DNA of 41,460 nucleotides, from contig NC_057758.1 in the NCBI RefSeq assembly GCF_004010195.1, forward strand, positions 5,174,396-5,215,855, read 5' to 3'. The DNA comes from Chiloscyllium plagiosum. Taxonomy: Eukaryota. The notes under the pieces were generated by a model. The model did no database searches. It was not told the origin of the DNA and saw nothing but the letters and a program-made list of their open reading frames with translations. A program made the translations under genes and the position numbers. This document shows positions 33,481 to 41,460 of the stretch, piece after piece (position 1 is the stretch's first letter; each line of letters starts with the position of its first letter).

Positions 33481-33787
33481 CGGAAATTCCGACAAAACCA
33501 ATGATAGGATAGTAATAACCTTCAATGATGTAAAGTGTATATTGTATTCGGGATCGTAATGACAAACGATCATAATAAGTGGAAAGTACAAAAAGATACC
33601 AAGATAGACTCCTGAAATGCATTGTCACATTCCAATGCATTGTTTCCAGATTCTTATCCATTGCAGGTATATTCCAATCCTTTGCTTTCAGATTCTGATC
33701 CATTCCCATAATGATCCAATCGATTTTTCTTCGCTTCCGATCACATATTGTGAAGTTCCATTCTCTTGCTATAAGATTTGATCTCAT
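33481..33787 (-). CDS. Third GPR139/GPR142-like GPCR, exon 1 with a long repeat-containing N-terminus; exon 2 not visible
   Basis: 102 open codons ending IEGYYYPIIGFVGIS + G|GTAAGT, the same YYPII..G motif and phase-1 donor as the other two genes. The start could be a later Met. Confidence 0.82.
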
Positions 33788-34199
33788 TCTCCTTCTCTTT
33801 CAAACTCGCTGTCCCTCTCGCTCTGTCTAGAATCACTGCTGACTCGAACTGCAGAGATGATGCTCTCACAACAGTATGGAACACTTCAGTGGGAAGGATG
33901 ACATTATCTAATATCAGAGAATCAGTCACCAGAGACACTGATCAGTGCCGCAGAAACAGATGATAATTGGAAGCTGTGGAATAACAGGTTTGCTTTAACC
34001 CCTTCGTTTCAGCATCATTTGGACCACAGAAAACAACATTTACCCATTCTGGAGAGAATACGGAGTGGTGATGTTCAAGGGAGGGATGGTGACTGAGCAT
34101 TGTCGGTCAATGCTGCCTGTATGTTCGAGAGTAGTGCCGAAGCTGTTGTGAATTCCAAATGTACACAGTGCTTTCGAAAGTAGGCATGTACACGAACTA

Positions 34200-35650
34200 G
34201 AATTCTTCACGTGTCAGCATGAATATGAGGAAAAGTTTGTTCATCACGAGCGGAAAACGTGTCAAATTTTGTGCCACAGAAGGAAGTTGAAGTCGAATCA
34301 CTGAACGTTATGAAGTAGGAGTTGTAGATCAGCCTTAGGATTAAACTGAGCAAAACCACGGGAAGAAAGTGAAAAAAAAAATGAGTGAGATGATCAGCAT
34401 TATCATGGGAAAAAATAAAAATGCCAAATAGTCTACTACTTCTTCTAACTTTCTATTATCTTATACAATTGTTTATCTAACACAAGGCAGAGCTTTGTCA
34501 GAGAAGTGAAATTTCAGAGGGACAGAGATAAATTCGTTGTGTGCGAAAAACCTTTGTTGATGAAATATAATGTGGGATAATGTGACTTATGTACATTGAC
34601 AGGAAGAATAGAGGATATGATTGATTACATTACAAAACAGTGTGGAAACAGGCCCTTCAGCCCAACAAGTCCACACCGACCCGCCAAAGCGTAACCTATC
34701 CATACCCCTTACCTAACACTACGGGCAATATAGCATGGCCAATTCACCTGACCTGCACATCATTGGACTGTGGGAGGAAACCGGAGCACCCGGAGGAAAC
34801 CCACGCAGACACGGGGAGAACGTGCAAACTCCACACAGTCAGTCGCCTGAGGTGGGAACTGAACCCAGGTCTCTGGCGCTGTGACGTAGCAGTGCTAAAC
34901 ACTGTGCCACCGTGCTGCCCAGTCTTCCACATAAGGAATACTGCAGAAAGCTTCAAAATGAAAATATTGGAGCGTGCATCTGCATGAATAACAAAGAAAA
35001 ACTCCAGTGTCCGTGGTTATGGGGAAAGTAGGGAAGGCAAATACTATGTTGGCCGTTATTTCAAACGAAATAGATTGCAAAGGGTGGGAGGTCTTGATAA
35101 ATCTAGAAAATCGCACTGGTCAGATCACAGCTAGAATACTCTGAATGGCTTTGACCCGGTCTGTAAAGAAAAAAGAAATGTTCTGGCATTGGAGACAATC
35201 CAGAGAAAGTTCACTTTATTGATCTCAGGAAAGACTGCATTATGAGAGATTGATTATTTTGAACTGTATTCATTGAAATGTCGAAAAATGAGAGGCCTTA
35301 CTCTTACATAACACAGTATTTTTAGAGGATTTGACAGGGTGGATGGAGAGAGGTTGTTTCATGCTTTGGGAGTGTCTCAGTGGATAGGACATTATCTCAT
35401 GAAAATGGGTCGCTGATTTAAGACAGCGATAAGGAGGATTTATTTTCTCTCTCTTAGGCTAGTAAATCAGTGGAGTCCTTTACTTTAGAGGGCTTTATGG
35501 GCTGGATGATTATGTAAAATAAAAGCTGAGACAGCGAGTATTTCAATCTGAAACGGGATTCTTGTTCTGAAGAAACGGCGCGAAACTGAAATTGAAGATA
35601 ATGAGAAGGGCGAAGATGTCGCGATTGGCAGAATAATCTCATTCCCCTCG
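34200..35650 (+). mobile_element. Highly decayed CR1 LINE 3' fragments
   Basis: Degenerate TATAATGTGGGATAATGTGA, GGAGACAATCCAGAGAAAGTTCAC and GATAAGGAGGATTTATTTTCTCT motifs; split by the SINE at 34622-34920. Confidence 0.65.
34622..34920 (-). mobile_element. Full-length young HE1-type SINE
   Basis: Close to the reverse complement of 7048-7361, with tRNA-like head, V core and tail. Confidence 0.95.
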
Positions 35651-36494
35651 TCCCCTCGTAAAGAATTCCGAAGGAAGATGACAATTGTATTTTTTGCTAC
35701 ATTCTCTGCCAGTTCTTCCTATTCCATCGCTGCATGGAAATCGTTTAACCTCAGGGGTACGTGAACATCAGCTCAAACTTACATCTATCCGTCCGTCTGC
35801 TGACTAAACAGAAAGACATTATCCGCCAGTGCAACGGAGTGTTCGAGTTTTATGCTGGCAAAGTGATGGCTGCTGTCTCTAATCTGAGGATGTGCCTTCT
35901 GCACCAAAGGATTCTGGAGGGCACTGGGGCAGGAAGGCTGGTCTAGAATTCACAAATTTATTCTCAGCTCAATCAACCAATAATATTCCGTCCCGTTGTT
36001 TGCATATGTCATGAGCTCTGACGCCTGTCATGACATGTCCAAACATCTGTTTCGAATATTGTAAAGAATCTTCTGCATCCTCCAATTCATGTTTTTCGCA
36101 GTTGTTAGCCCAATGCTATTTCACGTTGAGGTTGGAGGCTTTGGTCCCCATAGCTGTTCGATTATTCATTGTTAAAAACTATCATTGTTCGTATAACACT
36201 CATTGTTCATGTGCCTCACATTATGGCTCAATGTTGACCAGCAGAAGATGGTGAAAGCATGTCACATGATGTTTTTCCCTCCACGTATTATATTGTTTGC
36301 TCCCATTTTGCAAACCTCTGTGCCTCAGTTATATTACTAATGCTTATATCCCATTAGTGAATTTTCAAAAGTCCACAGAAAAATTTGAATGATAATGAAG
36401 AAGAACTCGATAGATGTTGGGGATAATCGATGAACGAATACTAATTCTTATTATTGCATTACTTGTCGTGATTTGTTGTTGTTGTTTTACAGTC

Positions 36495-38200
36495 ACAGAT
36501 TCATAGAGTCTGACATCATTGAGACAGTTCCTTTAGGCCAAACTGGTCCATGCTGAGCAAAATGTCTGTCAGTGCTAAAACCATTTCCTCTTATTTGGCC
36601 AACTCCTTTTTAATCCTTTCCTATTCTTGTATTTAGCCAAATACCTTTAAATGTTGTTAACGTACTTGCCTCAGCCATTGCCACTGGCAGCTGATTCCAT
36701 CTGTGTACCACCTCCTGTGTAAGATAATAGCTCCCCGTCAAGTTCCCTTTTATTCTTTTACTGACGCCCTGTGGCACTCGATTCCCTAACACTGGGAAGA
36801 AAGAGTATGTGCATTCATCCTAACCATGCCACTCATGATCTTAAACACTTCCATATGATCCCCCTCTGTCTTCCACGCTCTAATCAAAAGAGTCCCAGCT
36901 TGTCCAAACTCTCACCACAACTCAGCCCATTGACTCCTCGGAACTTTCTTCAGCATCATTTTCAGTACAATGGCATTATTCCTGCTGCAAAGTGAACAAG
37001 TCTGAATACAATGCTGTACTCCAATTGCGACCACGAATGGCCTGTAGAGCTTCAACATAATTCCCCAACTTCTTTAGGCTATGCCAGTTTGTGTAAAGCC
37101 TTCTTTACTGACCTGTCCACGTGTGACTCCACTTTCAGAGAACCTGAACACCAAGTTCCATCTATTCCACTGCACTTATTAAGACCCGACTATTCGCCAT
37201 GCGCCTGACGCTGCAGTTTGTCTTTCCAAAATGTACGATCTCACACATACCTATACAAAACGCCATTTATCATTTCTCAGCACACTTCCCTAGCTGATTA
37301 AGGTCCTGCTGAAATTTCTGAGAAGCTTCGTCACTGTCCACGACACGGCCTATTTTACCGTCATCTGCAAACTGTTTAAGCATGCCTTGTGCATTTTCAT
37401 GCAAACCATTGATGTCGGTTACAAACGGAATAGACCGACCTCTGACCCCTGAGGAACTCCACTTGTCACAATCATGAAGTCCGGCAACCTTTCTATTCGC
37501 CTCTGCCTCCTACTGTCAAGACACCTTTGTATCCAACTTTCCAGCTAGCTCGGATTCCATTCAACTTCAGCTTTCAGAGCAGTCAACCATGTGGAATCTC
37601 ATCAAAAAGGCCTTGTTGTAATCTATGTAATCTCTGTATACCGCCCTGACCTTGTCAAACTTCCTTACATTTCATCAAATAATTCTAACCGTTCGTAAGA
37701 CATTATATTGCACACACAATTATACACTGATTATTCCTCATCAAATCATGTCTTTACAAATGCATGGACATCTCTTTCTCTGAGAACCTCCTTAAGAATC
37801 TTACTCACCGCACATGTTAGGCTTACTGGTCTACAATTCCTTGGTTTTGTTTTGCCGCCCTTCCTGAGTAAGGGCACACAGCTCACTAACCTCCAGTCTA
37901 CCAGGATTTCACTCATGGCTCACGATGATGCACAAGTATAAGTCGGGGCCCCAGCATTTTCTTCTCTCGCTGCTTGCAATGTTCTTCGATATACCTGGTC
38001 AGGATCAGATATTTCGCTACTTTCACAGATATCCATACATCCAACGCAAATACTTCTATGCGTATACACTGTCCCCAAGATCTCAACACTAACTTCCCCA
38101 AATTCCAAGTCTTTATGTCGTTCTCCACGTAAACACAGAGGAGAAAGTTTAGTTGAGGACCTCACCCAGCTGCTGCGAATCAATACATACATGTCCACTT
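36495..38200 (-). mobile_element. Decayed CR1/HER1 LINE, 3' UTR through RT
   Basis: Minus-strand TQEVVHRWNQLP, FADD (GTCATCTGCAAA on +) and GVPQGS (TGACCCCTGAGGAACTCC on +). Confidence 0.82.
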
Positions 38201-38209
38201 TGAACAAAG

Positions 38210-39245
38210 TTCAAGAACAAAGAAGAAAGAAAACAATAGGAAATTAACAAACCTGAGCCAATCCAGATCGTCTACCAAAACCTGCCATGTAGTTTCTCAG
38301 AGTCTGAATCCCTTTGCGTGAAGCCCATTCATGTATGTGTCTAGATACATCTTAAATGACGCTACTGTACACGCCTCTACCACCTCTACTTGGCAACGTG
38401 TTCCAGGCACTCATTACCCTATGAATAAACAACTTTCCACATATATCTCCTCTGAACTTGCCCCTCTGAATGTGAACACGTGACCCCTTGGAATTGAGTC
38501 CTTCACTCTGGGGAAAAAAGCTTCTTCGATCCACCATGTCTGTACCTCTCGTGATTTTGTAGACATCAGTTACGTACCACCACCAACCTCAATCTTTCCA
38601 ATAAAAATAATCTTAATCTGATCGATATCTGTCCACAGGCATTTCTCTCCATATCCATACCAGGCAACTTCCGACTGAATCTCCTCTGCACCCTCTCCAA
38701 ATCATACACGTCATATTGATAATGTGGTGACCAGAACTGTACGCAGTATTCCAAATATGGCCGAACCAAAGTCTCATGGAACTCTATGATGACCTGCCAA
38801 CTCTTGTTATCAAAACGCCAACGATGAAGGAAAGGATGCCTTCTTGGCCAATCTGTTGTCCTGCGTCACCACTTTCAGTGAATAATGGACCTGAACACCC
38901 AGATGTTACTGTACATCAATTTTCATCAGGAAGTTTCCATATATTGCATATTTCGTTCCTGAATTTTATTCATACAAAATGCATCGTTTTGCACATGCCC
39001 AGATTGAACTCCATCTGCCACTTCACTGCCAAATTTCCCAGCCATCTACACTCGGCTGCATTCTCTGACAGGCCACTTCACGAACTGCTCAACAAGCAAT
39101 CTTCGTGTTACCTGCAAGCTTGCAAATCACATCACCTATATTTTTCTCTAAATCATTTTTGCATATCACAAACAACAGTGTTCCCAAAACGGTTCAATGT
39201 GAAACATCACTGGTCACAGGTCTCCATTTTGCGAAACTCGCTTCC
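38210..39245 (-). mobile_element. Decayed CR1 LINE 3' fragment
   Basis: VRPYLEYCVQFWSPHY...LERVQRRF and RVMSAWNTLP motifs. Confidence 0.88.
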
Positions 39246-41460
39246 ACAAATTCCTGCGCAATGTATGTAAATACAAAGTATAGCACTGTAAACAATACGC
39301 TCATGCATAATTCACCATTAACGTTGACCAGAACAGGATAAAATTGACAGAGATGATGTACAGAGAGACGATGTTCATTTTTCTTAGTATTGTATTTCTG
39401 TGTCTTTCTAATTCTCCCCTTTGCTGTGAGGCCGGGTTCTCCTGCATGCTCCGCTGGCCACTAATAAGTGTGGGTGACGGTGAAATCATTAAATAGTAAC
39501 ATCAGGAAAACACGGAAGAATCCGAATTAAAATGGATTGAAGGCTCTGAAATTTGACCGAGACTGAAGAGCATTTAACAGCAGTTTCTTTCTCACAAAAT
39601 TAGAGGAAGTCCGCCACATGTCCATTCGAGTTTGGGTAACTGAAACTGAATGAGCACTCTTCCAAAAACTAACACATTTAAGATTTTGGTCGACCACTCT
39701 CTCATGTGCCACGCTCTAAATGATTATGGTCATTTGAAATGCTTCTAGGTTTTCTTTCCCATTCATTTCCCCATTCACGATTGAAGCACTTTTCAACTTA
39801 TCTGGTTAATTGGTGCGTCGGCTAACATCAAGTGAGAGAATACTGCATACGATTCTCCATTTCAGAAAACAGATTCTCAAAGGTAACAAAATCTGGATTA
39901 CTATATGAGTCACGGGGGAGCTAGCAGGGGAGATCGAAAATTAAGACTACGTAGAAATGCAGCAGCATCCCCATATGCATGTAGATAAATATGTATATTT
40001 CCACCTATAAAGTTTATTTGGAATGGTCACAAAATTCTGGTTCCCTTTCTTCCGAAGGATTTGTACAAATGATCCCAATGCAGGTGAGGGTAATTTACAA
40101 TCTAATAAACCGAATAAGATGTCATTTCTTCGGAACGTTCTGACTGTAGGAATTTGTTTGGAAGTTCTGTCCACATTGACATCTTGGTTCTTGTAATTGA
40201 TAACTGAATATACTTCTGAAGTCTATGGCTAAGAACTGCTTTCATAGCCTGAATGGGAAAAAGTGCCCAACATGCTTTGTAAGAGGGCAAAGTCATCACA
40301 AAGGATAATGATCTCAACTGGAACACGGTAAACCAAAGAATGCTACAAACCTCCAACACATTTGACAGCATCTGTGGAGATATGTAAAAGTCTCAAGTTC
40401 ACTGACCCTTCTTAGGCCAATTCTCTTTGGGAAATTTGAATGCAATGAGACAAATGAGAAACATCTGGGAAAATGGCCATTCTTAAAGAAAAAAAGCAAC
40501 TGTGTTTCACTGATTTCTTTTCGGGAAGGTAAATGCCGTCCTCACTTTGCCTTCTGGTGCAATCTGAACAACAAGTGCTCATCCAGTCATTGGCACATAC
40601 ATTCTGTAAAATGTTTTTATATAATGCGGTTAATGAACTTGTCTAAACTGGTCCACAGATAACAATTGAATACTTCAATTGCTGCAAATGAATCAATAAA
40701 TCTGTTAATGTGTCCAAGCCTACATTCATTTTCTTATGCTTGAAAATGCAGTCGAATTCCATGTTTGAAACACTTTGTGTCAAAGTAGTTCACAATCCAT
40801 CAACATTTATACATTCACGTTTCCTCTAAACTTGCTTCTCTCTAAATTTCTTCAAGAATTTCCAATCGATAATTCGTACATGTGGTAATCACGAAGGTAA
40901 GAGGAGAAGTTACCACCTTTCACTCTTCCAAAATTTTGAAAAAATTTAAGAGACCGATTAGACTTACATTCAGTTTTACCACGCTTAGTGCAGACTGAGC
41001 CAGTCAAATAAAAGATGGATAAACACAAACTGTGAATTTATCTCTATCTGGCTTGTTGAATTTGGAATTAACGTTGTTTCCCCACTGAGCATTGTGTTGA
41101 CTTGATCGAGTTAGAAAGCAGCACAGATGATGACAACTTTGTCTTTGGTTTTCGCTTTTCAGATTGTGGAAATCTTCAGCTGGTTATCCCTTGAAGAAAA
41201 GTAATTGGTGCCAACATTATTTGTTAATTCTCCACAGGTTCTGCCAGAACTATTCAGTTCCTGCAGCAAGTTCTGTTTGCATTAGCAAATCGTTTACATA
41301 AATTTGATTTTATGAGAATTTCTGGTGTTGTTTCTTTTGGATTAGAGTTAACTTACGCGAAACAGACTTCTTAATAAGGTGATGTGAGCGTTAACTACAG
41401 CATTGTTAGCCATTTATTTCATAATAGGTGAAGAGAAAAAATAATAAAGTTATTCAAGTT

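Noticed and set aside
35770..35830. Minus-strand GTAAGT donor as an upstream non-coding exon of the third receptor
   Set aside because: A lone 6-mer with no matching acceptor or other support.
39250..41460. Hidden gene or endogenous viral element in the apparently unique AT-rich tail
   Set aside because: Only short ORFs with no motif I recognise and no receptor exon signature; left unannotated, though a small exon cannot be excluded.

Overview
Eukaryotic, repeat-rich vertebrate DNA, almost certainly from a cartilaginous fish (inferred from HE1-type SINEs, HER1/CR1 LINEs and shark-type Penelope and Gypsy repeats). It contains three assembly gaps (4202-4310, 13307-13806, 32296-32795). The window is dominated by a direct segmental duplication: 1-13306 matches 16133-28915 at roughly 3% divergence by eye, with several copy-specific indels. 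Each copy ends in a two-exon class A GPCR gene of the GPR139/GPR142-like type. Copy 1 is cut by a gap in exon 2. Copy 2 has a complete 7TM exon 2 but a +1 A just after the first ATG. The first exon of a third, more divergent family member lies on the minus strand at 33481-33787; it has the same phase-1 intron position and an N-terminus built from four 14-aa repeats. The ORF track misses these exon 1 sequences or reads through their splice donors. The rest is decayed mobile DNA: CR1 LINEs, HE1 SINEs, a Gmr1-type Gypsy element (integrase upstream of RT), related LTRs, and TSD-flanked palindromic Penelope-derived inserts with minimal hammerhead-ribozyme-like cores. The most interesting signal is a locally expanding cluster of GPR139-like receptors. 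Family names come from recognising motifs by eye, not from database searches, and boundaries of old repeats are approximate.
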